Made by a program: the position numbers and the translations under genes
Shown: in pieces, positions 8,803 to 17,129 of the stretch
Position numbering within the stretch: the stretch's first letter is position 1
How the letters are laid out: each line of letters begins with the position of its first letter
Notes under the pieces: model-generated
Database searches by the model: none
Told to the model about the DNA's origin: nothing
What the model saw: only the letters and a program-made list of their open reading frames with translations
Assembly: GCA_002305205.1 (NCBI GenBank)
Contig: DBQJ01000009.1
Location: 31,818 to 64,940 of the forward strand
Direction of reading: 5' to 3'
DNA from: a candidate division WWE3 bacterium UBA1397
Lineage (GTDB): Bacteria; Patescibacteriota; WWE3; UBA101185; UBA10185
Length of the DNA stretch: 33,123 nt

Positions 8803-11433
8803 ATGCCCTATAAAGACAATAAAAATAACAAACAGAAGAAAGATAACGAGACGGAAAATAATACAAATGGAATTGAGGAAGTTCAAGAAATTAAAGGTAA
8901 AGAAGATATTGATCCTAATATTCTACCCACGGATATATCGGAAGAAATGCAGTCTGCATACTTAGATTATGCTATGAGTGTTATCGTCTCCAGAGCTCTT
9001 CCTGATGTTAGAGATGGTTTAAAACCCGTACAAAGAAGAATTATATACGCTATGCAGGATCAGGGTATGGATTATTCAAGTAAGTTTCATAAATGTGCTG
9101 CTGTGGTAGGAGAAGTTCTTAAAAAATACCACCCTCACGGAGATGTTTCTGTTTACGATGCTTTGGTTAGAATGGGGCAGGATTTCTCTCTTAGATACCC
9201 TCTTATTGTTCCCCAGGGTAACTTTGGAAGTATAGATGGGGATCCTCCTGCTGCTATGAGATATACGGAGTGCAAATTAGACAAGATATCTGAATTTCTC
9301 TTTGCAGATATTGATAAAGATACTGTAGATTTTGCCATGAATGATCTTCAAAATATGGAGCCAATTTACCTTCCTTCTGTGATACCTAATCTTCTTCTAA
9401 ATGGAGCTACTGGCATCGCTGTAGGAATGGCTACTAATATACCTCCTCATAATCTGGGTGAGCTAATTGACGGAATTAATTTTTTAATTGATAAAGCTGA
9501 CAGTATAGGTACTTCCCCGGATAAAAACAGCAAGGAACAGATAGCCTCCATTGATTTTTCCTCTTCTGCTACTGTAGAAGAACTGGTTCAATACATCAAA
9601 GGCCCTGATTTTCCTACAGGAGGGACGATATATGATCAGAAGGAAATGATACAAATGTATGCAACAGGAAAGGGAAGGGTAGTAACCAGAGCTAAAATGG
9701 ATATAGAGGAGAACAAAGGGGGTAAAGTTGCTTTAATTGTAACTGAAATACCTTATATGGTTAACAAAGCTACTCTAATAGCTAAAATTGCTGATCTAGT
9801 CAAAGATAGACGTATAGAGGGAATATCAGATTTAAGAGATGAATCAAATAAAGAGGGTATAAGAATAGTGATAGAGTTAAAAAGAGACGGGGTAGTAAAT
9901 AAAATACAAAACCAATTATATAAATATACTCAGCTTCAGAGTACATATAATTCAAATTTTGTCGCGCTTCTAAACAACGAGCCCAAATTAATGCCTCTTA
10001 AAACTATGCTTGAGGAGTTCATTAAGCATAGACAACAAATTACTATAAGAAGAACAATATATTTACTCATAAAAGCTAGAGAAAGAGAACATATACTAAG
10101 GGGGTTAAAAATTGCTTTGGATAACCTTGATGAGGTTATAAAACTAATTAGATCCAGTAAAGATGCCGATACAGCTAAACAAGGTTTAATTAAAAAATTT
10201 GGACTTACGGATATACAAGCTCAAGCTATACTTGACATGCAGTTAAGAAGATTAGCTGCACTGGAAAGACAGAAGATTGAAGATGAACTTAAACAAATCC
10301 TTACTACTATAAAAGATTATGAAGGTTTAGTAGCTTCACCCCGAAGAATTATTGATACAGTAAGGAAAGACTTAAATGAAGTTAAAGATAAATTTGCCGG
10401 ACCTCGTACTACAAGGGTAACAAAAGGATCTGTTGGAGAATTAAGTGATGAGGATGTGATAGTAAGCGAACCCGTGATTGTCTCCATATCCCAGAATGGA
10501 TACATCAAAAGACTAAAAGAGGATTCCTACAGAAAACAGGGAAGAGGGGGAAAGGGAGTGAGCGGGCAGCAGTTAAAAGAGGAGGATAGTATTGCGGGAT
10601 TAAAAGTATGCGATACCCATGATTGGGGTTTGTTCTTTACTAATAAAGGAAAGGTATATCGTATGAGAGTATGGGATATTCCTGAAGCCCAGAAAGCTGC
10701 CAAGGGAACTCCTCTAGTGAATTTCCTAAGCATGTCTCAAGATGAAAGAGTGGAAGCCTTTCTTACCCTGACAAGTCAGGATTTTGAACAAAAGACAGGT
10801 TCAATTATATTTGTTACGGAATGGGGAACAGTAAAAAAGACTCCCATAGAGGAATTTTCTAATATCAGATCATCCGGAATTCTGGCTATTAAATTAGCTC
10901 TGGAAGATTCATTGGTATTTGCCGGTTTTACCCACGGGTCTGATGAAATATTAATTACTACTTCTTTAGGACAATCCATTAGGTTTAAAGAAACTGATGT
11001 AAGACCAATGGGAAGGGTATCCGGAGGAGTTACGGGAATTAAATTGGGAAAGAAAGGGGATAGGGTAGTTGGAACAGTAATAATATCAAAAGAGACAGGC
11101 GAAGTAGATTTGCTTACTGTATCAGAGTATGGATATGGAAAGAAGACACCTACAGAAGAGTATAAAATACAAAATAGAGCGGGGTCAGGTATCTTAACCT
11201 ACAAAGTAACAGATAAAACAGGGAAATTGGTGTCTGCCAGATCACTTAGCAGGAAGATAAACTCGGATATTCTAATAGCTACATCATATGGGATGGTATT
11301 AAGACTGTCTTCTAAACAAATACCATCGCTGGGAAGAGCAACTCAGGGTGTTCGTTTAATGAAGACCGATGAAAAGGATAAAGTAATCTCAATGGCTGTT
11401 CTGGAAGAAGAATTAGAAGAAATAGAAGAATAA
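8803..11433 (+). CDS. gyrA: DNA gyrase subunit A
   Basis: [21 protein letters not shown], catalytic AAMRYTE, GyrA-box QGRGGKG, C-terminal beta-pinwheel repeats and an acidic tail. Confidence 0.97.
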   Translation: MPYKDNKNNKQKKDNETENNTNGIEEVQEIKGKEDIDPNILPTDISEEMQSAYLDYAMSVIVSRALPDVRDGLKPVQRRIIYAMQDQGMDYSSKFHKCAAVVGEVLKKYHPHGDVSVYDALVRMGQDFSLRYPLIVPQGNFGSIDGDPPAAMRYTECKLDKISEFLFADIDKDTVDFAMNDLQNMEPIYLPSVIPNLLLNGATGIAVGMATNIPPHNLGELIDGINFLIDKADSIGTSPDKNSKEQIASIDFSSSATVEELVQYIKGPDFPTGGTIYDQKEMIQMYATGKGRVVTRAKMDIEENKGGKVALIVTEIPYMVNKATLIAKIADLVKDRRIEGISDLRDESNKEGIRIVIELKRDGVVNKIQNQLYKYTQLQSTYNSNFVALLNNEPKLMPLKTMLEEFIKHRQQITIRRTIYLLIKAREREHILRGLKIALDNLDEVIKLIRSSKDADTAKQGLIKKFGLTDIQAQAILDMQLRRLAALERQKIEDELKQILTTIKDYEGLVASPRRIIDTVRKDLNEVKDKFAGPRTTRVTKGSVGELSDEDVIVSEPVIVSISQNGYIKRLKEDSYRKQGRGGKGVSGQQLKEEDSIAGLKVCDTHDWGLFFTNKGKVYRMRVWDIPEAQKAAKGTPLVNFLSMSQDERVEAFLTLTSQDFEQKTGSIIFVTEWGTVKKTPIEEFSNIRSSGILAIKLALEDSLVFAGFTHGSDEILITTSLGQSIRFKETDVRPMGRVSGGVTGIKLGKKGDRVVGTVIISKETGEVDLLTVSEYGYGKKTPTEEYKIQNRAGSGILTYKVTDKTGKLVSARSLSRKINSDILIATSYGMVLRLSSKQIPSLGRATQGVRLMKTDEKDKVISMAVLEEELEEIEE

Positions 11434-11440
11434 TATAACA

Positions 11441-12121
11441 ATGATCTCCGATCTTATTCAATATGAAAAAGCCCTTCTATCCAAAGGAATTGAACTTATT
11501 GCGGGAATAGATGAGGTGGGCAGGGGACCCTTGGCCGGTCCTTTTGTAGCAGGAGCTGTAGTTTTAGACTGGAGTAAAATACTTAGGAATAACGACATCA
11601 TATCTGAAATATATTCGGATAGGAAAAACGGGTATAACTGTATAAAAGATTCAAAGAAATTAACACCTAATAAAAGAGAAAAACTCAGTGAATTCTTAAT
11701 TAATTCAGTAGTCAGCTATTCTATAATAGAAATATCCGTAGAGGAACTTGATGATATAGGTATATCTGAAACTACACAAAAAGCTTTTTATCAATGTATA
11801 GAAAGGTTATCAGTAAAACCTCAGCATGTCTTAACCGATAACTTTGAGATAAAGAAAATTGTTAGAGAAATGCAGACTAATATATCGGGAGGAGATAATA
11901 AATCACTTAGTATTGCCTCAGCTTCAATTATTGCAAAGGTATACAGAGACAGGTTAATGAAAAATATGGATAATATATATCCTCAATATAATTTTTCTTC
12001 AAATAAAGGGTATGGGACAAAGAAACACTTAGACTGCATAAAAAAGTATGGGATATGTCCTGTACACAGAAAAAGTTTCCATCCTATCAGTTCTTATCTT
12101 CATGAACTAAACTGCATGTAA
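11441..12121 (+). CDS. rnhB: Ribonuclease HII
   Basis: GIDEVGRGPLAGP, DSKKL, SIASASIIAKVYRD, NKGYGT and HRKSF. Confidence 0.96.
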   Translation: MISDLIQYEKALLSKGIELIAGIDEVGRGPLAGPFVAGAVVLDWSKILRNNDIISEIYSDRKNGYNCIKDSKKLTPNKREKLSEFLINSVVSYSIIEISVEELDDIGISETTQKAFYQCIERLSVKPQHVLTDNFEIKKIVREMQTNISGGDNKSLSIASASIIAKVYRDRLMKNMDNIYPQYNFSSNKGYGTKKHLDCIKKYGICPVHRKSFHPISSYLHELNCM

Positions 12122-12204
12122 TTACCTCGTGATATACTTAACAATGTTTGTACGGATAGTTTTTTATCTATGTAAATAGTTTCAAATATCTGCCCGGTAT
12201 AAAT

Positions 12205-13566
12205 ATGAAAAAAACAAAGTACGATGTACTGATAGTGGGAGCGGGTCCAGCCGGAATATTTTCCTGTTATGAATTGTTAAATAAAAATCCGAAGATAAAG
12301 ATAGGTTTAATAGACATGGGTAATAGAATAGAGAAGAGAAAAACAAATGAGGTTATGTCAGGATTCGGGGGAGCGGGGACATATTCAGATGGAAAACTTC
12401 ATTTTACCCCCAAACTGTCACATGAAAGAGTATTCCATCTTATATCCCCCTCCGACTACCAAAAGTTGTTAGACAGGATTGAAGAAATATTCACTGAATT
12501 CGGAGTAGATGCGGAGACATATCCTAAAAATCCCGATGTTGTGAAACAAATATCGGATGATGCACAAAAGAAAGATATTGAACTAATAGTCAGAAAAGCA
12601 AAGCATGTGGGTACAGACAGTCTAAAAAAGGTAATGGTTAACTTTCAGAACTATCTGGAAAAAAGAGGGGTAGATATACTGGATAAAGTAGAGGTAAAAG
12701 ATATAAAAGTAAAGAATAATAAATATACTGCTGTAATAACAAACAAAGGAGACATTATGAGTAATTATGTTATTCTTTGTCCGGGAAGAGTGAAGGCTAA
12801 ATGGCTGCAGGATCTGGGTAAAAAACATGAGATACAGTATATGTTTGATATGGTCGAAGTAGGTGTAAGAGTAGAATTTCCCTCCAGCATCATGAAATAC
12901 CTAGCTGATACGCTATATGAGATAGTATTTAAGATCAGAACCTCAACATTTGATGATGTAATCAGAACATTCTGTTCATGCCCAAACGGTATGGTAGCAA
13001 CAGAGAAATATGAAGATCATGTATGTGTAAACGGGCATTCAAACAGTGATCATAATTCTGAGAACTCAAACTTTGCATTCCTGGTAGAAGTAAATCTAAC
13101 AGAACCCGTAGAGAATTCAATTCAATATGCTCAATCAATAGCTCAATTAGCATCAACTATCGGGGGAGGAAAACCCATACTCCAAAGACTGGCTGATCTA
13201 AGAAAGGGGAGGAGAAGCACCTGGAGTAGGTTATCAAAATCTATGGTTGTTCCTTCATTAAAAGATGTAACTCCGGGAGATATATCTATGGCTTTACCTC
13301 ATAGAATAGTTACTGATATTCTGGAAGGATTGGAAAAACTAGATAAAGTAATGCCGGGAATAAACTCAGGTTCAACCCTTCTTTATGCCCCCGAAGTTAA
13401 ATTCAGATCATCCAAGGTAAAAACTACACAAGATATGGAAACATCAGTAAAGGGAGTATATGTAGCAGGGGATGCAAGCGGTATGTCAGGAACAATAACA
13501 GGAGCAGCAGCAACAGGAATAATGGCAGCAAAAGGAATATTAAAGAATATTAACAAAAAGAAGTGA
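12205..13566 (+). CDS. FAD-dependent oxidoreductase (uncharacterised FAD dehydrogenase family)
   Basis: Rossmann motif GAGPAG, GFGGAGTYSDGKL, RTFCSCPNG, VNGHS and GVYVAGD. Confidence 0.88.
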   Translation: MKKTKYDVLIVGAGPAGIFSCYELLNKNPKIKIGLIDMGNRIEKRKTNEVMSGFGGAGTYSDGKLHFTPKLSHERVFHLISPSDYQKLLDRIEEIFTEFGVDAETYPKNPDVVKQISDDAQKKDIELIVRKAKHVGTDSLKKVMVNFQNYLEKRGVDILDKVEVKDIKVKNNKYTAVITNKGDIMSNYVILCPGRVKAKWLQDLGKKHEIQYMFDMVEVGVRVEFPSSIMKYLADTLYEIVFKIRTSTFDDVIRTFCSCPNGMVATEKYEDHVCVNGHSNSDHNSENSNFAFLVEVNLTEPVENSIQYAQSIAQLASTIGGGKPILQRLADLRKGRRSTWSRLSKSMVVPSLKDVTPGDISMALPHRIVTDILEGLEKLDKVMPGINSGSTLLYAPEVKFRSSKVKTTQDMETSVKGVYVAGDASGMSGTITGAAATGIMAAKGILKNINKKK

Positions 13567-13602
13567 AAAAATCCCGCACCTTTAGAAGAAAAAAGGTGCG
13601 GG
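13565..13602 (-). terminator. Intrinsic terminator between convergent genes
   Basis: Perfect 11-bp stem CCCGCACCTTT (13573-13583) / AAAGGTGCGGG (13592-13602), followed on the minus strand by ATTTTTT. Confidence 0.8.
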
Positions 13603-13608
13603 CTGGCC

Positions 13609-13848
13609 TTATCTCCTGTAAAAAACAGCCTGGGGATCCGATGATGCTGGAAAAAATTCTACGGTTTTCAGAAGCTTCCACTCCCCTTCTTTTTTTACCT
13701 TCCTGGCCAGTTTCTCGTAGTCCTTTGTTGAAGAGTCGGACTGACGACGTTGCGCAGAACCTACAAAAATTAAATGCAGAGTCAGTACTCCATTCTCTTC
13801 AGAATGGCAACTGAATCTATAGACGTTACCCTGCCAAACAATTTCCAT
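13609..13848 (-). CDS. Small hypothetical protein (79 aa)
   Basis: Strong SD (AGGAGG) just upstream of the ATG, and a terminator immediately after the stop. No recognisable family. Confidence 0.6.
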   Translation of the reverse strand: MEIVWQGNVYRFSCHSEENGVLTLHLIFVGSAQRRQSDSSTKDYEKLARKVKKEGEWKLLKTVEFFPASSDPQAVFYRR

Positions 13849-13956
13849 CTCTTCCTCCTCTTTCTGATTGTGATTTTTCGTAACTTAACATATTTTCATT
13901 AATATTGCTATAGGGTAAATAGAATAGGGTATTTATATTGATATAACAAGGATATA

Positions 13957-14964
13957 TTAGTTTAATGTACTTATTTTATTGGATCCTTCGTTCTTTTTAC
14001 CTTCAATATCTTTATGGTACTTTCTATGTACATCTTTTAATCTTGCATTAGTTACATGGGTATAAATCTGCGTTGTGGATACATTTGAGTGACCCAAAAG
14101 CTCCTGTACACTCCTTAGATCGGCTCCTTCACTAAGAAGTCCGGTAGCAAATGTATGTCTTAATGTATGTGGTGTAGCATCTACTGATATTCCTGCTTTC
14201 CAGATATATTTTTTTACCAGTCTTTCTACGCTTCTTACAGTTAATCTTAGTGATTCTCCATCAAAATCCCCCGGTTCCATCTTTTTTCCCGAATATCTAA
14301 TAAATAATGGTTTAAAAGAATCACTTCTTAATGCCAGGTATTTTTTTATCCATGTTATTGCAGAAGGGGAGAGGTATACCGTTCTTGCTTTTCTGCCTTT
14401 ACCAATTACAGTAAACTCTCCACTGTCCAGATTTACTGCATCTCTATCTAAACTAACAAGTTCTGATACTCTAAGACCTGTACTGAATAATGTATCCAAT
14501 ATTGCTCTATCCCTGATACCCGAACGTCTGTTTAAATCCTGTACGCTAAAAAGCATATTCATTTGTTCATCATTTAACACTTTAGGTACACGATCTTCAG
14601 CCTTTCCTAATATAATCTGTTCAGGAGACATAATTTCCAATCCTTCTTCAACTACTAAATATTTCAGAAAAGCCCTAAGAGCAACTAAGAAGGTCTTTTG
14701 GGTAGATCTCTTAAACTCTTCATTACTTTTAGAACTTATACGACGGTTAAGATTTATCCTGTATTTCTTAATCAGATCCTGATCAAGATCAGACAACATT
14801 AAATATTCTTTTTTTAGATACTCTTTAGACCAATCTGCAAAATCATTTAAATAAAAATGATACATTTTCAATGTATTCTTGGATAAGTTTCTCTCAATTT
14901 CGCAGAATTCTAAATATTGGGGTACAGCTTCATTAAATTTTGTATTAAGGCTCATCTTTGACAT
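13957..14964 (-). CDS. xerC: Xer-family tyrosine recombinase (XerC/XerD/XerA-like)
   Basis: SAM-like N-domain (ERNLSKNT). Complete catalytic set: R (TGLRVSEL), K (GKGRK), H-x-x-R (HTLRH), H (LGH) and Y (TQIYTH). GADLRSVQELLGH is typical of chromosomal Xer proteins. Confidence 0.9.
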   Translation of the reverse strand: MSKMSLNTKFNEAVPQYLEFCEIERNLSKNTLKMYHFYLNDFADWSKEYLKKEYLMLSDLDQDLIKKYRINLNRRISSKSNEEFKRSTQKTFLVALRAFLKYLVVEEGLEIMSPEQIILGKAEDRVPKVLNDEQMNMLFSVQDLNRRSGIRDRAILDTLFSTGLRVSELVSLDRDAVNLDSGEFTVIGKGRKARTVYLSPSAITWIKKYLALRSDSFKPLFIRYSGKKMEPGDFDGESLRLTVRSVERLVKKYIWKAGISVDATPHTLRHTFATGLLSEGADLRSVQELLGHSNVSTTQIYTHVTNARLKDVHRKYHKDIEGKKNEGSNKISTLN

Positions 14965-14973
14965 TGTTTATTA

Positions 14974-14985
14974 ATTATACGACAT
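14974..14985 (-). promoter_or_regulatory. xer promoter -10 box overlapped by an exact copy of the dif-like left arm
   Basis: The minus strand reads ATGTCGTATAATtaataaacaATG. TATAAT lies 9 nt before the start codon, and ATGTCGTATAA is identical to 15399-15409. Confidence 0.6.
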
Positions 14986-15398
14986 AGATATGGAAATTAT
15001 TTATGTTATTTTTAGTTCTTAGCTATATCCCCATACTTTTAAATATATTTTGAGGTAGATTTACACCTCTTTAAAGAAAAAGCCCGTTAGAATTGATTCT
15101 AGAGCGTCCTGAGATTATATTGCTATAACAGCGTATATGGCACTTTATCCCTCTATTTATACAATAATAATGAAGTATATGTGTACGGGTAGGGAGACAT
15201 TGGAAATTTAAATATAAATAAGTCTGATGAAGGAAATACTAGGGTAATTAGAAATATTAAAATAGAGAAATAGAATAGGGGATAAATAATTTTTTATTTA
15301 CTATAGTGATTATTTAATAATTAAAAATATTCAAGATCTGTTTTTTATTTTGTTCTTTATATTTTTGAAGTAGAGGATCAAAAACTCATATACACGAC

Positions 15399-15426
15399 AT
15401 GTCGTATAATGTATGTTTAACGACTT
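15399..15426 (+). other. Putative dif site (Xer recombination site)
   Basis: ATGTCGTATAA-TGTATG-TTTAACGACTT has 11-6-11 geometry, with arms 8/11 inverted. The core ATAATGTAT is shared with E. coli dif (GGTGCGCATAA-TGTATA-TTATGTTAAAT). It is intergenic and about 435 bp upstream of the xer start. Confidence 0.75.
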
Positions 15427-15644
15427 TATGGGTGGTATAAACCCAGATACTCAAAATAACTAATATAGGGACATTTAATTAGTAGAGAATAACAAATATA
15501 ATTAACGCAATATTTAATTATCCTAATTACTTTATTCTTTTTTAAATGTATATAAATAAAAATAAATATTATGATTATTCACTAAGATTCGCTTCTTTGT
15601 TCGTTATATTTCCTGGGCTGAGAGGTGCCTTTCAAGGGCTAAAG

Positions 15645-15653
15645 TTATCCACA
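15645..15653 (+). promoter_or_regulatory. Single consensus DnaA box
   Basis: Exact TTATCCACA in the non-coding region. No box cluster is seen, so function is uncertain. Confidence 0.3.
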
Positions 15654-15667
15654 ACCCTCCCCCGGAG

Positions 15668-15733
15668 ATATATGACACTTCTACAGAATTATGTATGACA
15701 TTCGTACAACTAAATATATATGACAATCGTACA
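15668..15733. repeat. Three 18-bp imperfect direct repeats, each quasi-palindromic
   Basis: ATATATGACACTTCTACA (15668), ATGTATGACATTCGTACA (15691) and ATATATGACAATCGTACA (15716); periods 23 and 25 bp. Confidence 0.8.
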
Positions 15734-15844
15734 TTATGAATTAGCACCCTACCCTATAGTATGTTAATGGTTACGGTATTTATCCGGTGCAATGAGATTT
15801 ACAAAAATATACCACTCACCTACCCACTCTATGTCCCTGTATAT

Positions 15845-16654
15845 TTATGGGGTAAAGAAAATTACTATTCCTAAAAATAATAAAAATATAAAAGTAAATT
15901 GGGTCATCATTTTATTATTAATATCATTTTTGAGATATGAAGATATGTAGGTTAATGAGAACATCAGAACCAATGATATGAGCAAAGCCCTTAGAAATGC
16001 CTCAGTAGGTATAAATGATATAGCTGTACCGATAGAAAAGGTAAGAAAGAAAGTCATAGAACTTAATAAAAATGACTCCCCTATTCCTGATTTCTTTGAG
16101 TCGCTGTCAAATCTTGATACCCACAATTGATACACAACATATAGTGATGAGATAATCCCAATCATAGTATTTTGTACCAAACAATTTGTATCTATTTTAA
16201 ATATTCCGGAAAACAAAGGTATGGCAACAACTACTTGAATTATCTGCGCCCATGCTGTAGCTGCCCTGTATAAGGGTATGGATTCCTCCCTATCTTCAAC
16301 TACCAGAAATATATTATCAACAAGGGATACGAGGTAATAGAACCCGGCAAAGAATATTAAAGCTGTCATTTTTATGATAAAGCTTAAATTAGGAAAAAAA
16401 TGAAAGAATAACAATGAACCTGACAACAATGACAACGGGTTTATTATTGTGTAAAAAATATTTTTTAAATCTATGTTAGGGTACTGAGTAATAAATGTTC
16501 CAAATAATACTATAAATACCACCAATCCTCCTGCAGTATATACATCAAGATGAAGTCTACCTGCTGTAAATAGATAAAGAAATATCGCAACAAAAAGAGA
16601 TTGAAGAAAATATTTATGTTTCTTTTGGATTTTTAATTTAGATGGCAATATCAT
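15845..16654 (-). CDS. Polytopic membrane protein of unknown function
   Basis: 269 aa with many hydrophobic segments and a DNIFLV...IPLYRAA loop. Its start overlaps the end of ruvC. Confidence 0.8.
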   Translation of the reverse strand: MILPSKLKIQKKHKYFLQSLFVAIFLYLFTAGRLHLDVYTAGGLVVFIVLFGTFITQYPNIDLKNIFYTIINPLSLLSGSLLFFHFFPNLSFIIKMTALIFFAGFYYLVSLVDNIFLVVEDREESIPLYRAATAWAQIIQVVVAIPLFSGIFKIDTNCLVQNTMIGIISSLYVVYQLWVSRFDSDSKKSGIGESFLLSSMTFFLTFSIGTAISFIPTEAFLRALLISLVLMFSLTYISSYLKNDINNKMMTQFTFIFLLFLGIVIFFTP

Positions 16655-17129
16655 ATTCTTTTTTTAGATAGCAAAGGGCCATTGCCACAGCATCATTTGC
16701 ATCATCTGATTTTATCACTTCTTTCAGAGATAGTGTCTTTCTTACGGCTTCCTGCATTTCTTTTTTGTCTGATCTCCCGTATCCTGTCAATACTAACTTT
16801 GCCTGTAAAGCAGTATATTCAAACATTTTCAGATTATTATCTGCTGCCGACAGCATTACTATCCCCCTTGCCTGACCTACTATCATTGCAGTTTTAGCAT
16901 TAGTATTAAAAAATAATTTCTCAATTACGATAGAATCAGGTTTATGTGAATCAATAAGTTCATTTATATTCCTATACAGCTGGAGAAGACGATTCTGTTG
17001 ATCTTGATCAGGTTTAGTAATAAAAACGCCCGATTTTATTAATTTAATCTTATGCGGTGATTTCTTACTATATTCTAATATTCCATAACCCATCCTCGCG
17101 GTTCCCGGGTCTATTCCGATTACTATCAT
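16638..17129 (-). CDS. ruvC: Holliday junction resolvase
   Basis: IGIDPGTARMGYG, IEKLFF, GQARG, TGYGRSDKKEM and DDANDAVAMA. Confidence 0.96.
   Translation of the reverse strand: MIVIGIDPGTARMGYGILEYSKKSPHKIKLIKSGVFITKPDQDQQNRLLQLYRNINELIDSHKPDSIVIEKLFFNTNAKTAMIVGQARGIVMLSAADNNLKMFEYTALQAKLVLTGYGRSDKKEMQEAVRKTLSLKEVIKSDDANDAVAMALCYLKKEYDIAI

Noticed and set aside
13563..13814. 83-aa plus-strand ORF
   Set aside because: It runs through the terminator hairpin and is antisense to the 79-aa ORF, which has the SD and terminator support.
13957..14964. Prophage/ICE integrase or integron integrase
   Set aside because: The sequence is typical of chromosomal Xer. There is no arm-binding domain or IntI insertion, no att duplication of the tRNA 3' end was seen, and the flanks are housekeeping genes.
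15088..15101. Palindrome TAGAAT-TG-ATTCTA
   Set aside because: Short, AT-rich and single copy, so it cannot be distinguished from chance.
15396..15429. Engineered loxP / vector contamination
   Set aside because: Ten of 34 positions differ from loxP, the arm is repeated natively at the xer promoter, and no vector sequence is adjacent.
15672..15707. matS sites (GTGACRNYGTCAC)
   Set aside because: Only the TGACA half matches and the right half differs. MatP is known from gammaproteobacteria.
15668..15733. CRISPR array
   Set aside because: Repeats are 18 bp and degenerate, spacers are only 5-7 bp, and there are no cas genes.
14965..15844. oriC (DnaA box, AT-rich tract, iteron-like repeats, nearby gyrBA)
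   Set aside because: Only one consensus box and no dnaA/dnaN nearby. Local skew goes G to C and genes converge, which is the terminus pattern. Not fully excluded without whole-genome skew.
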